Shown: positions 12,093 through 25,100 of the stretch, one piece after another
How the letters are laid out: the number at the start of each line of letters is the position of its first letter
Numbering within the stretch: position 1 is the stretch's first letter
NCBI GenBank assembly: GCA_030704615.1
Contig: CM060731.1
Coordinates: 90,272,001 to 90,336,000 of the forward strand
DNA length: 64,000 nt
Source: Takakia lepidozioides
Taxonomy: Eukaryota; Plantae; Bryophyta
Reading direction: 5' to 3'
The notes under the pieces: model-generated
Database searches by the model: none
What the model was told of the DNA's origin: nothing
The model's input: the letters and a program-made list of their open reading frames with translations, nothing else
Position numbers and translations under genes: made by a program

Positions 12093-12801
12093 TGTCACGC
12101 ACCTCACTTCGATAAACTCTCCTTCAAGTCATAGTTACTCGCTTTGATGCGCGCACCTAACTCCCAAACCGACCGCTGGGCCAACTCGGAGCTTCGGCTG
12201 CTCACCGGGGCATAACGGTCTTCCTTATACTCCCACTTGACCCTCGACCCGTCGGGCTCAGTGGAAATTCCCTTGGTAGATGGCAGTCTGGAACAGTTCC
12301 CCACACCTTGGTCGCTTTTCGGCTCGCACGCTTACTCACTAGTTTTTGGTCACCAACGGGCCATTCTTGGGGTTACTACTCCCTATATATACTTCTGTAG
12401 GTGTCCACGGGGGTTCCAGAAGTAGCTAAGTCCAAATCTGGTGCACTGCCACTTAGACCCTCGATCGTCCCAGTGGTGAGCCGCGGTGAGTCTTGGCCCA
12501 CCCACCACGGCCCCAATGAACCGTGGTGAGTCCCAAGACTCCCCACGACTCCCACCACAAGACCTCAGCCTCATGGTGAGTCCTATGCCACCCCCACTAC
12601 GACTCCCTATGCTACCACCACCCCTCGTGGAGCCCCGGCCACCACCGCCACCCGGTTTGCGGGGCTCCACCTAGTGAGTGCCACCGCCTCCTTGAGTGCG
12701 GGTGCTTCAGCCCCCTTTCCTATTTGCTACCACTGCCCCCACCACAGAGGCAGCCCCTCTTGTGTCCCGACCCCCCGCCCTCAAGGCAAAGGGCCGCGAC
12801 A
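12093..12801 (-). mobile_element. 5' LTR of the Gypsy element (same family as the solo LTR at 58202-59061)
   Basis: TGTC..GACA termini, adjacent PBS, and extensive identity to 58202-59061. Confidence 0.9.
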
Positions 12802-13530
12802 ACAAATGCACTATCTTGCACAAAAGAGAAATCAGATCTCTCTCTTCACTCCTAGCTCTCCTAAGCTTGAAGTTGAACACCCCCACAAGCTGAAACCATG
12901 CTCCACACATGCACCGCTTGCTTGGTTAACACCCGAGCTCTTCTTGAACTCCTCAAACCCTGCAACAACTTCAAGAACAAGAACTATCTTCAATAACTCT
13001 CAAACTTTGCACTGGGGCTCTCATTGAAGACCTCCACCTGTCCATAAAGACCACAAGGACTTTATTTGCAAACCCTGCAACACCTTGTAACATAGAAGCT
13101 CTCTACCAAGCTCTCTTTAACACACAAGTGCTAACTATGCTAACACCTTGCACTCATCAATGTAAACAGGTCTTCTTCTAGTGATACGGAAATGGTGAAA
13201 AGAGGTGAACCCACTCTATCACGTTATATAAGTCAAGCCAATGGCACCCTTGCTAAAGGACTCCACCATACAGACCTCACCCACTCTCCATCTCAAGTAC
13301 TAGAGCTATGGCGGCAAGAGAGGCCTCGGATGGCTCGACTAGAAGAAGACGAGCCTTTCTGCACATTACGTGGAGATAAGCCTCTCCACATCCCAAGTGA
13401 GGTTCGCCACCTCATTTGGCACATGGAACCAAAGGAAGTCCCAATGCCCACAAAATACAAATATAAATGTATAAAGTCTTAATTAGTTAGAAATAACTAT
13501 TTCTAACTAATCACAAACAAAACCATGACA
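12802..13530 (-). mobile_element. Probable LTR fragment of a second family
   Basis: Ends ...ACCATGACA (minus strand starts TGTCATGG), LTR-like composition; other boundary obscured by the Gypsy LTR. Confidence 0.3.
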
Positions 13531-16500
13531 GTCTTAAAGTCTTTCAAGGATTGGATAAAGGTCTGGAATACTACCAGGTTGGATTCTAAACTTGGTTTGA
13601 TTTGGACAATGGTTTTTTCACAACCATGATACCCGCATGTCCTAACATGGAACCCCTGCTCTGTTCTGAAATTATTCAGGGAGTACTTTCCTCACCATGT
13701 CTGCAATTTAACATTAATGAGAACACAAGGAAATGAGAAGCAAGGACTGGCTTGCTTAGCCACCATAGATCTACTATGGGATGGGGTTTTTGCTTGTTCA
13801 TCTGGTTGATATACAGCAGGGTAGGACATGAAGCTAGTTGGATTCTGAAAACATGGTTTGAGATACTACATTATTTGGATTCTAAACTGGGTCTGAATCA
13901 CTACCTGGGCTGGAAGTTATGGTTTTTTCACAACCATGGTACCCCTCTGATCAACCATGGAACCCATGTTTTGGTTGTAAGTATTTAGGGAATTCTTTCT
14001 TGGCCCTGGCTGCAACTTTGCTTTATTCAGATCACAAGGGACAACCAAGCAAGATTTTGCTTGCTCAGTCCTACTGTGTGATCGAGATTGTTCATCATTT
14101 GAATTTCTCTATGCTGTTTTGATTACCAGATTGACATCTATAGCATGTATGGAACTTGCTAGTCACCTCGCACATCCTCACTAACCCACACACTAACTGT
14201 CTGTGGTGCTTTTTGGGACGGTTGCAAGTAAGGGCTTCCATTTGTCTGGTAATTCCTTAACTTTTTGAGCTTGTTCAGATGTTGCTCAAGTACTTTACAG
14301 CAAGGCAGCTACACTTGGAGCGTGGCTGGCCTCATTACCTGCAACAAGATGCTACTAAACACATATGTGTTTGTTCTTTTTCTACCTTTAATCACAAGAT
14401 AGAGGCTGGCTGGTAGCTAAATTGTGGTCTATCTTTTAAAATGCACAGCAAAGCTAAGCAAAGCAGTGATTGATATTGAACTGGATTTTTGATATGAAGT
14501 TACAGACTTCTCTGTCACTGGATGGTTACATCTCTATTACAAATAGAGTAGGCTGTATCTTATTCTACCCTCAGTGGTTCCTCAAAGGTCCCACCACCCA
14601 CCCCATTTTCCACATAGGAGAAGTCTTTGCAATGGTTGAAAGATACTTTGCATGGGTGAAGTAAGGGTATGACTGAGTTACTTCATGGCAAAATTTTCAC
14701 AGCAGCCTTTTCAATTCACAAAAAAACTTTGTTGTGTTCTTTGTCGACAACAAATCTGTTTTGATGAGCTCCTTGTCAATATAGTTTTGTTGTGCCAATG
14801 CACACCTGTGTGTGTGTGCTCTCTGTCAACACATAATTGTTTTGACTTAGATGCTTTGGAAAGGCTTGACCAGCAAATTATTTACTTATTTGTTTGTCAA
14901 AGGAGTCGGACTGTGAACATGCTGTATATTCACTCTTGTATCCTTGTCATACTAAATTGATATGATCACTTTACATGGAATGAGATTAATTCATGCTTTG
15001 GATTTGGAATCACTAAGGATACAAGGGCCTGGAGCTCCTTTACAGAGTGAATGCGCTGAATTAGTATTGTCAAATTCATTTCTGGTTTACTGGCTTTGAA
15101 GAGGTTAAACCTACAGGATACTTGTTTATCAACTGTTTCAGACTCTGCCCATACTGAAAGATTACTCTTACATTACAAAATCATTCCGATTGCATGAACT
15201 TAGAAATCTTGTGATGGTGCCTTGCTTAGCAAGGCTGTATTGTCAGTATCATGTCTTGACAAGACAAGCCTTATCCCTCTCTCTCCCTCTCTTTTGTGCT
15301 GCTCACAAAAAAAAAAAAAACAAGAAGGTCCCGGGGGGGGGGGGGGCGGGGACCCAGCAGCAGCAGACCTGCTGCTGCTCAGTCGTCCCCCCCCCCCCCC
15401 CCCAACCTCCCCCAACCCCCCCAACCTTCTGGTTTTTTGTTTCCATCAGCATGTGGAGAGAGAGCGAGAGAGGGAGTGTTGAGGAAAAATAAAATAAAAA
15501 AGAAGGTGGGGGGGGGGTTGTGACTGAGCAGCTGCCTTTTTTGTTCAGGGTTATAAGGAGACAGGCCTATTGTTTAATGATCCCTATTCAAGATTACTCA
15601 AGGTCCCTGATATGATGACAAGCCTATTGTTTAAGGGTCCCTAATCAGGATAAACATTTGACAGTCTATGGCTCTGTAGTAGGCCCGTAGGCTATTCTAC
15701 ATGTCACAACAGGCACATATCTACCAATGGCAGGTTAAGAATATTCATTGGCAGTGTTTTTATTACACCCCTTTAACACCTGGAAAAATCTGATGTATAT
15801 CAGTATGGTGCAAGCTCAAAAAAACTTTTATGGACCTAATGTCCATGGTTTGATATCCCTAATCAGGTTAATTGAACTACAAGGGGTCAGATGACGTAAC
15901 TGCCTGATGTGGCAACTTCGTAAAAGGAGTGTCGCGCAAATATCTGGTCACCGAGATGAAATCATGGCAGAGACGGGAATTGCCACCTTCTCCCTGCCTA
16001 CCCAATTATGAGTGCTTCAATGTTGATTCCCGATTCGTGAATAATGTGAAGGAGGCTGCGAAGGTATAGCTAATTTGCTACCTGCCCCATCAATTGTTTC
16101 CAGAATTGGGGATTTCACATACAGGAAACAATGCCAGGAGTTCACCAGGTACATGCCCAGTACGATTAACAAGGGGAAGACCCCTTTTCTATTCTTCTCA
16201 ATAATTCTGTTTTGATGCCAGCTTTCATGAAGATAAGGGCAGCCTTGGGTAAAACCAACAACACTGGTTTTACCTTGATGATGAGGCGATGTGGAGAAAC
16301 CACTTCCCCCGCTGTGGATACTCCAAATGACTGGAATGATGGACTTCGGGATTCTGGCAGGGGTGTATCCAATTACGGCTCTAATCTATTCTGGAAGCAT
16401 CTTCTGCAGTGTACATGGAGCAGAGCCAGGAGGTCTTCCAAATACAGGAGCCAGGAGATCACTTGAAACCAACCTGTCCAGAATCTAGGGAAGTTCTTCT

Positions 16501-17538
16501 CCCTTCTATGTTTTACTTGTCAAGTATGATCTTGTAAGAACAGCCATGAGGTTTTTGTGGTGAAACCTACATCAACTATTTTACAATGATGAGGATATAT
16601 GGCGAAGCCTTATCCTACCTCCCCTAAGTACCCTAAATGGTGGTACGAGCCGATTTCTTGACTAAGGATGTTCCGTATGCAGCCCGTAGGGCTTCTGGGA
16701 GTTATAACTTCCTAGTTAAAGATATCTCAGGTGCAACCCTAAGCCCATGTTCACCTTCTCTGGAGTTCTTTCTGTGGGAGGACGAGAGCCAAAAAGTTCT
16801 TATTGGCCTGCGTGGGTAAGAAGGAGAAGTCTACGCTGATGCTTCATAGTGTGGTACTCGTTTGCATTCTGTCAATCAAGACGGGAGCTTTCTCAAGAAC
16901 AAGGAAGCAATGTCACAGGCACAGCTTCCTCAGACCTGCAAGGTGATTTGTTTGTTACTATGTACATGGTCTGGAAGACCCCTCCTTTGTTGGTAAATTT
17001 TCAAGGAGGTCTATCCTCACCCTGCCTGCAGCTTGGCATGGATCTGATTATCTTGTAAGTCTGGAAGTCTTCCCAAGACTGAAAAGATTGATGATAGGCT
17101 GGTTTAGTGTGCCTGTTGCTCATTCAAAGGATGGAGTGTATACAGGCAGAACAACTGCCATAAACCTGAAGGTTTTACTTCATTGCAACTGCTTTGAAAT
17201 AAGTACTACCCTGGAGCTTTTGACCTATATGATTCATTACAGATAGCGTGGGTAAACTATTACCAGGGAGTTCTTGCAATAAGAGGTTCAGGAAGTACAT
17301 TCTTTAGAGTATCTGGAATGCTTTCAAGAACTGATTTGTTGCACTGCAGAGGCTTGGAGTAAGATATTACCTTGGAAGTCTCTGCATTGTTTTAAGTGGA
17401 TTAGGAAGTACCATATTTACCTTCTACACTACCTAATATGGTTTAAAGTATGTGGAAGGGAGGTCTTTCAAAAAGCTGGGAAGATATGTCACAAGAACAG
17501 CTCCCATAGACCTGCAATGTATAAACGAAGGTAACAGT

Positions 17539-17915
17539 GTACCCTGGAGTTTATGCAGTGTGTGAAGTTACATGTTTTGAGATAACATCTCCCCCAGTGG
17601 GGCACTAAATTGCAGTGGCTTGGTAAGCCATTACCTGGAGGCCCTACAAATGTTTAAAGATACTCAGGGATCAGTACCTTCTTTCCGGTATGATTCAGGG
17701 AGTATTATCTTCACCTTGTTTTACAGTGGCTTGGTAAACCAGTACCCTGGAGTTCCTGCAGTGTTTGAAGATACCTGTTTTGAGATAACATCTCCCCCAG
17801 AAGGGCACTGTATTGCAGTGGCTTGGTAAACCATTGCCAAGGAGTTCATGCTATGTTTTAAGATACTCAGGGAGTACATTTTTCCCGGTATGATTCAGGG
17901 AGGAATATCTTCACT
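17539..17915 (+). repeat. Imperfect tandem duplication, unit about 200 bp
   Basis: GTACCCTGGAG..TGTTTTGAGATAACATCTCCCCCAG..CCGGTATGATTCAGGGAG occurs twice in succession. Confidence 0.75.
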
Positions 17916-18714
17916 TTGGCTTGAATCTGGATACCTAGTAGGTCTGGAAACATTTCCAAGACTGTAAAGATTGGCTAATGCTTACATGGCCACTAACTTA
18001 CAGGGTGATGCAATATGACCTGTAGTGTGATCTGGCCATGATTCTTTACATGGGCTGGATTGCTATCTGGTTTGGATTCTAACCCGGTGTTTTCTTAACT
18101 ATTCAGAATGTCTGGATTTTTGTCTCTTGCAAGGGCGATTGTTGCAGGTAGTACTACTGCCATAGACCTGCAGGTTGTTGGAGACGATTACAGAACCAAT
18201 GAAGTCTAAACCTAGTTTGGACTGACACCTGGTTTGAATTCTAAAGCCTGGTTTGGATTATTACAAGGTTTGGATACTATGAACTTTGTAACCCTGAAAC
18301 CCCTATGTGGTGTACAAAAAATTGAGGGATCAAGGATTTTTCTAAACCCTGAATCCATAGACTTGCAACATGATGAACTAAGGCTTTTAATTGAATTGCT
18401 CTGGTGAGTTTTGTTTACCAGATCGACATCTTGGCACGGACTGGGTAAATGGCCACAATGCAATGGCAAACGTCGTATGAGTACATTTTGCTCTCTCTAC
18501 TCTTGGCAATAGACTGAAATTGAAATGCAGGTCGGGGAGTGTACCTTTGAACAAACAAACAGATGCAGAGATGAGAGGTAGCCTGTCAATGCCCGACTAG
18601 CGGGAAGCCTGAATACTAAACATTTTCTGATACATTTCCGGTGTACACTCCCATTTGAGAGCGACCCTCTTCACTTACATCAAGAACAGATCCTTGCACG
18701 GCTGTTCGCCAAGA

Positions 18715-18813
18715 TGCACCCACATTTTGCAAACATGTCCACCAGGGTATTGTTTAGAATGACAGTTGGAACAATTCCAGCTCTGAAGATGTCGCCATGG
18801 ACCTCTTTCCCCC
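18715..18813 (-). pseudogene. Single PPR motif fragment
   Basis: GKEVHGDIFRAGIVPTVILNNTLVDMFAKCG; homologous to the 7.2-8.2 kb units. Confidence 0.7.
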
Positions 18814-18999
18814 TGTAATATTATATTTAAGGTGTTTTAAACCCCCCTCTGTATGTATAATGTTGTACATGGGGGGTTTAAAATACCCCCTCCTGTGCAC
18901 GCACGTGGCTGGTACATTTAATGAGGAGTGCACCCCCCAGGACCCAGGGGGAGATGAATGATCTCTCTTTTAAACACTATGGACTGCTGGATATCCATT

Positions 19000-19444
19000 G
19001 ACGTCGAGTGGCAATTCAATGTCGAAACAGAATCAATACAAAGATGGCGGCAGGAAAAATTTGCAAATCTTCCAGAAAACTGAGTTCCAATAGTTGCAGT
19101 TGAGGGGCCATTCTGGAAAAATGGCGCCGAATTTCCAGTTACATGGCCCAGAACTGCCCAACATTTGTGTAATGCCCGGCACCATGTACCGAAATTCGGC
19201 GCCACATTTCCAAATTTTGGGCTTATACTTCAATCAAGTTGGGACCTATAACCGCGAAATTCGGCACCATTTTTTGCCGGAGACACCTATCACCGCGCAA
19301 TACGTCGCCGATTTCTCCGCTTGCGGAACCTATTACCGCGAAATTCGGCGCCATTTTTGCAGATGTCGCTCGGAATTTGCATGAGCGGAAGACGAAATAT
19401 CATGAGCACTACTATCAAAACTACAATTTCTACTTCAAACAATG

Positions 19445-19484
<40 letters not shown>

Positions 19485-19617
19485 GACACATTCCATTAAA
19501 ATAATATTTTTAATGTTTTTTATTACCAGAATTTGTACTTCTGCTCATGAAAACCGATTGTCTTACTACTCCGCTCATGCCGCTCATGCCGCTCATGCTC
19601 ATGAAATAGCTAACCTC
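19000..19617. mobile_element. Orphan terminus of MULE element E (B-type palindromes); left boundary approximate
   Basis: Ends GCTCATGCCGCTCATGCTCATGAAATAGCTAACCTC at 19617, matching the other termini; AAATTCGGC(G/A)CC motifs at 19120-19355; (TA)n at about 19448-19482. Confidence 0.7.
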
Positions 19618-19714
19618 CCTCCCAAGCACATCCGAAATGCGGTGCCGCATTTCGGTTTCCAATCAGTTTTGTTTCCGTGCTTCATCGGACTGAACTGGAG
19701 AGTGTGCCTTGCAG

Positions 19715-22700
19715 AGTCACTGAAAATGCTTACGTGCATACCCACATGGCACATATGCTGTACAGGGTGAGGAAAACTGGTCTCACAGACCCGCACATGT
19801 TCGCCGAAATGCTGGAGCCCGAGCTCATTCAAAAAGCCCTGGCAAAAATAGACCGGACATGGTATCGCCTCACTATGGATGGAATGGTGGAGGTGATATA
19901 CGAAGTAAGTCGTCCTCCCATTTTCCTCTGCTCATCCTTCTCCAATTTCTAGTCATCTTTCCACATGGATCCTATGTAATGCTTTTGCATGTTTTCTTGG
20001 CAGTCAAACATCAAGCTGGATTTGGCCCATGCCAAACGCTTCTTCATGGAAAGTGAGGGGCAGACAAAAACATTGCAGTCATTGACCGAGCACTTGAAGG
20101 AAGCCGGGGTGAAGTCCAGAACCAAATACAAGTCAAAGCTTGTGAAGCTGGTGGCCATCTTGGAAAGGACTTCATCCCCGAGATTGCAAAACACTATTCT
20201 CGGGCCATGCAGCCGACCATGCAGTTGGAGAAACTGCATCACCTCTCAACGGCATGTGTGGAGGCGAAAAAGAAGGTGAGGTTTCAATGCACTGTCGTTC
20301 CTTCCTAGCAATAGCCACTCTTCTTCCTGCTCCTGACATTGGATCGGAAATGGCAGACACGGTGGCTGTTGATCTGGAATGCATCGGAGAGTATAAGGAC
20401 CATGTGGTCTTTTCCACTCGAAGTTTTCGACCTTGTAGTGGATGTGTGGCTCAACCACATGACTTGGTGGTTCCAGGTAATTCAAGGTACTTCACCCGAT
20501 TTGTTTTGCTGGAATGAATTCCGTGAACTCTTACGTGACAAATGCATGTTGGAAACGCAGGTAATGACGATTGGAAGACTACGTGACACGTTTCAAATGT
20601 GCGTACAAGGACAACCTCTTCGCCAGGGAGCTGCAGATAGCAAGAAGAAGCGTGGAGTTTACACACCAGGAGGGGGCGGGAAAAGCTGCAATGCAAATTG
20701 TGTACAGGTGAAGCCCAGCTCCCATTGTATGCAAAAGCTGGGTTATGAGGTTTGTCTCGGAAATGCAGCTCCGCATTCGCACATTATCGTTTTGGTTGCA
20801 CTCTGCGAGTACATTCTCATAACTTGTGTTCACGCATGTTGACTGTCTTGCAGGTATATGAAATACGTGCTACTTAAGACAGGGGCCCTGGTGCAAGAGC
20901 CCCCATTTTTCATGGCTTGGACCGTGTCGGGACCAAGCTGTGTCTACCTACCAGAGATGCAGAAACAATGGCATGCCGCGCACCTCGTTGGATGCCCGTG
21001 GTACCTGGACATGTCTGGCGGACTTGTTGACAAATCAGAGAAAGATCTGCACGCGAAAGCGGAGGAGAAGAGAAAGGGAAGACGTGTCCCTGCTGGGCCT
21101 GAGTCGGCAAAGGACGCTGCTACTCTGGAACAATCCAGAAAGGCAGTTGAGATGGCACAGAAGACGGTGGATGCAGCTGTGCAGGCTCAACAGAAGGGGT
21201 CGAAGAAGAGGACTTGTCAGCAAGGAGCAGCAGTTGTGACACCCAAGAAGACGAAGAAGCAGAAACAGAAAGAGCAGGAAGAGGATGACGAAGAGGATGA
21301 CGATGGAGACTTTGCAACCAGCCCACCCCCCGAAACGCAGCCAAAATCCCCTGTGTCCACCGTTGTCACGAGAGGGACGAGAACAGGCTCAGCTAAGAAG
21401 GCACTCTTCAACCCCCCGGGGGGCACCCTTTCGAGCCGGTGGAAATGAAGAGGCCGAAAGTGGAGCCAGAAATAGTAGTTCAGTGTGTCAATGAGAGTTT
21501 CTTGGCGGCTTTGGACGGACGGGCAGCCAAGTTGGCATACATCAAAACCATGGAGGGTTTGAAGGGCAGAGCACTGAAGAAGGCGGCTGAAGCAGAGCCT
21601 TCCGACACCCCTGGGTTTCTGAAGATGGTCTCCTTCTTTGAGAAGGTGTGTGCAGGGAAGGATTGCAGGAGGGGCGGAAAAGCCACCGAGTGGTCTTGCG
21701 ATATGATCATCTTGGATATTCCGGACGGAGAGCCTGTGGAAGGACTGCAAGGTTTGCCATCTTGGAACAGGTACTCCGAGGACTTTTGGAAGAAAGGATT
21801 CGGGCTCGCCCGCATGGTGTTGGACGACAGAGGCTGTGTGGTTGTCCTGGCGAGCGGAGGCAAAAACACGGAGACAGGAATTGTGAAGTGCGTCGTCCCA
21901 ATACTGAAGAAGAAGTGGACGTGCATCAACACATTGGGCCTTCGGTCGGAAGGGAAGAAGGTAATTAGGACATTAGCAATCGTCCTTTCATTTTGTAACA
22001 TGTTTTGAAATGCGGTGCCGCATTCGATTTCTAATCGTTCCCCACTGTGTATGCAGTCAAAGTAGTTCGATGCATACTGCTTTGTGAAGGAGAACTTGAC
22101 CTTTGCTTTCCGGAAGGAGGGATTGTTGGTTGACCCGAACTGCGACCCCATCGATTACGACGTCCTGTTCAACAACGTTCCCACGGAACTCCTCCCCCAT
22201 AGTCTCACTTCAACGGATCCCCTGCGGTATTCACGGACTCGGAGCCCTGCCTTCATCCAGACAATTATGGAGGCATGCACTGACCTGGAGGGCAGAGTGC
22301 TTGACCTCATCTGTGGAACAAGTATGCACATTCTTGTACTAAGCTGTTCTCTGAATTGTCATTCTGTTCAAATTCGCCATGTGTGAAGGGCCATTTTTCA
22401 ATGAGTGGATGGCATTGTAACAGGCGCCTCAATGTGGGCTGGGCGATTTTCCGACCGGCACCTCTTTGCCTACGAGGTGGACGCATCCGTCTGGGGATCC
22501 CATCTAGAAGGGCTTCATCGGAATGTGAAGGCTCCCATCGAAGCCAAAGATTCCTCGGATTTGTCGGACTCGGAGGAAGAGACAGTGGACATTGATGCCG
22601 AGGAGAACCCGGAATACGAGTGAGTGCAAACATTGTAAGTTTGCAAAGCCTTCTGGGTGATTTTTTGTCAAACGCATTTCCGGACTGTGGTTCTCATTGG

Positions 22701-23197
22701 TCTCGTGGGTGATTGTTATGTGCAGGATTCCAGGATCCGGGTCGAAACATGTAGGGCCTACACTTCTTGCCAGGACAAATGTCCTGTTCTTTGCGAGGGC
22801 CGACTTCATGACGAGCCCGGTGAAGGACTACTCTCTTCCTAGTTATGCAGCAAAACTCGCAAATACAGCGATTAGACGATGTGAGAATCCTAGTAAAGTA
22901 GAGCAGATTTTGGAGAGGGCTAGGGAGGACAGAAGGATAAGGAAAGAGTTGGCAGCAGCTGAGACAGGTAGACGGGTGCGAAAGTTCATATGTGATTCAG
23001 CGGAAGAGAGCGATGCAGACAGGGAGGACGACGACCCAACGGAAGTGAGATGGTCGGTTCCGCAAGGGGAAGATGGAATTTTTGAAAGCCTAGCCAACGA
23101 GCAGTCCGCTGGACATGAGAAAGGCAATGACAGGGTGGAAGGGGAGCAGGACAGTCAAGGACAGGACGACGGTAGTGATGATTTTCAAGATTGGTAG
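19715..23197 (+). CDS. Multi-exon beta-class N6-A/N4-C DNA methyltransferase-like gene of element A; 5' (ParB) exons lost
   Basis: CDMIILDIPDG (motif IV position), LARMVLDDRGCVVV, RTRSPAFIQTIMEACTDLEGRVLDLICGT/GASMWAGRFSDRHLFAYEVD (motifs X-I-II), in beta order. Upstream exons (HMLYRVRKTG..TWYRLT; WLNHMTWW; KYVLL..WHAAHLVGCPWY) align with the post-ParB exons of the element C gene. Some frameshifts. Confidence 0.8.
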
Positions 23198-23329
23198 AAT
23201 TTTAATTAACTCTCTTTACATTTAAATTCTCTTCCAGAGTATATAAAGGAAATTCTCACCGTCCTTCATGTCCCCTCTCCCATGTGCTTCTCAACAACAC
23301 CATCGTCCAAACCACGTCCCTCCCAAAAT

Positions 23330-24115
23330 TGGAAATGCGGCACCGCATTTCCATGTCGGAACAGAAATGTGGGAACTGCAAAAACCTCGTTTGGAAATGC
23401 GGCACCGCATTTCCAAAATCGGGGCAAGAACAATTTTCTGTCTCCTGGTTTGGACATCAGAAACTGTTCGGCCGAACGGAAATGCGGTGCCGCATTTCCG
23501 TTTTGAACACAGCAGTTTTAGGGAAATGGAAATGCCACCCCGCATGCGGAGGTCAAACACGTTATTTACATGGCAGAAATGGAAATGCGGTGCCGCATTT
23601 CCATTTTGGAGATGGATGTTTTTCCAACTCCAGACCCATCGACGGAAATGCGGCTCCGCATTCCATGATGCTGGACGGGAATGCGGCACCGCATTCCATT
23701 GTCCAATAAGAAATTTTGATGACGTACATGGAAATGCGGCGCCGCATTTCCAGAACGGACATCGTTGTTTGTCCAATTTCAGACCTTTGGACGGAAATGC
23801 GGCACCGCATTCCATTGTCCAATACGAAATTTTGATGATGGACATGGAAATGCGGTGCCGCATTTCCAGAACAGACATCGTTGATTGTCCAATTCCAGAC
23901 CCGTCGATGGAAATGCGGCACCGCATTACATTGTCCAATAAGAAAATTTGATGACGGACATGGAAATGCGGTGCCGCATTTCCAATTCGAAGTATGGTAA
24001 TGCCATGTCAAGAAATGAAATGCGGTACAACATTTCCGTTACGACCACAACGGAGGAAAGGGAGCTGCTTGAAATCGTTGCATGGAGAAAAATGAAATGC
24101 GTTGCCGCATTTCCG
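23330..24115. repeat. Array of about 13 palindromes GGAAATG-CG-N4-CG-CATTTCC (element A)
   Basis: Copies read directly at about 23331, 23393, 23478, 23581, 23644, 23678, 23730, 23793, 23846, 23909, 23962, 24016 and 24093. Confidence 0.95.
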
Positions 24116-24379
24116 AGCTTGAGCATGTACATGTTTCCTTTTACTCATACATGGATTTCCTTCACCTCAGGACTCTGATATCGCTGACTCTGGTATATTC
24201 ATGTGGACAGACACATTGTACAAATGAGACCACAAATTGTAAACAGTGGGCCAAACACAACATTTCTTGAACACAATGAAACACAGTGAGGTACGATGGG
24301 TTGTTTTATTGATCGAACACGGTGTCTCACATTTAGCAACTAAAGACAAATCTAAGCCCTTCCGCCTTCTACATGGGCG

Positions 24380-25100
24380 TCACCAAGTCGATGGAACTTC
24401 GATAGCCCTCAAAACAAGCTCATTACTGAACTGACACCTCGAGGTAAACTGCAATGCGGTCGTTCTAGTGCCCTTGGTGGAGCTGACGACAATGTCATGC
24501 CCATGAATGATACCACCATCATACATTGACAAGCTGACTGTGGGCCTCATGTGCCCGTGCGATTCGTCTTCGCATCTATTGTCCATACCTTGCTTGCTAT
24601 TCGGTGGGAGGACATTGTCAGAGATGTAGGAACGGCAAAAGACAGTGGAAGAGCGGATTGAACTCCACGAATATAGTTTTCCCCGGTGCCGTCCTCCCTG
24701 GTCCACTGGCAGCAGTTCCAACGCCAAAGCGAGGCCGTGCGTGATCTGTCCGGCATCCCATTCCAGCTTGGTATATCGAGGTCAACAATTTTCAGGACCC
24801 ACGGACCGCATTGACCCTCGCCCTCACCTCGCTCAAAGTGGTAATAGCCCTCCAAATACTCCATTGCGCACAAAGACACCCACTTGATTCCAGAAGCGTT
24901 TGTGAAAACAGAGAGCCAAACAATGATGACTCCTGATTCTGGTCTGAACATAGCATAATCGTGGCCATGATAAGGGCAGTCAGCAGGATTGCAGCGGCAC
25001 GACATCCTTGCAAAAGATTACCGGAGTACGCTCAATGACAGCAGCTCCCGGATGGAAGAGGCAGCAGCGCGGTGGCTGGAAGAAGTTGAAGCAAACGCTG
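24380..25100 (-). CDS. Orphan Cys/Trp-rich protein ('WNCC' family), copy 1, frameshifted
   Basis: ORFs 24547..25005 and 24380..24727 join into CPY..DYAMF..WVLKIVDLDIPSW..RWNCCQWT..YDGGIIHGHDIVV..ELVLRAIEVP; two paralogues in the window. Confidence 0.7.

Noticed and set aside
15900-17100. Degenerate coding sequence
   Set aside because: No recognisable motif in any frame; left unannotated.
23268-24178. Repeat proteins (GNAAPHF / KCGTAF / EMRHRIS ORFs on both strands)
   Set aside because: Translation artefacts of the palindrome array; likewise the MNFGAEI ORFs at 29-30 kb.
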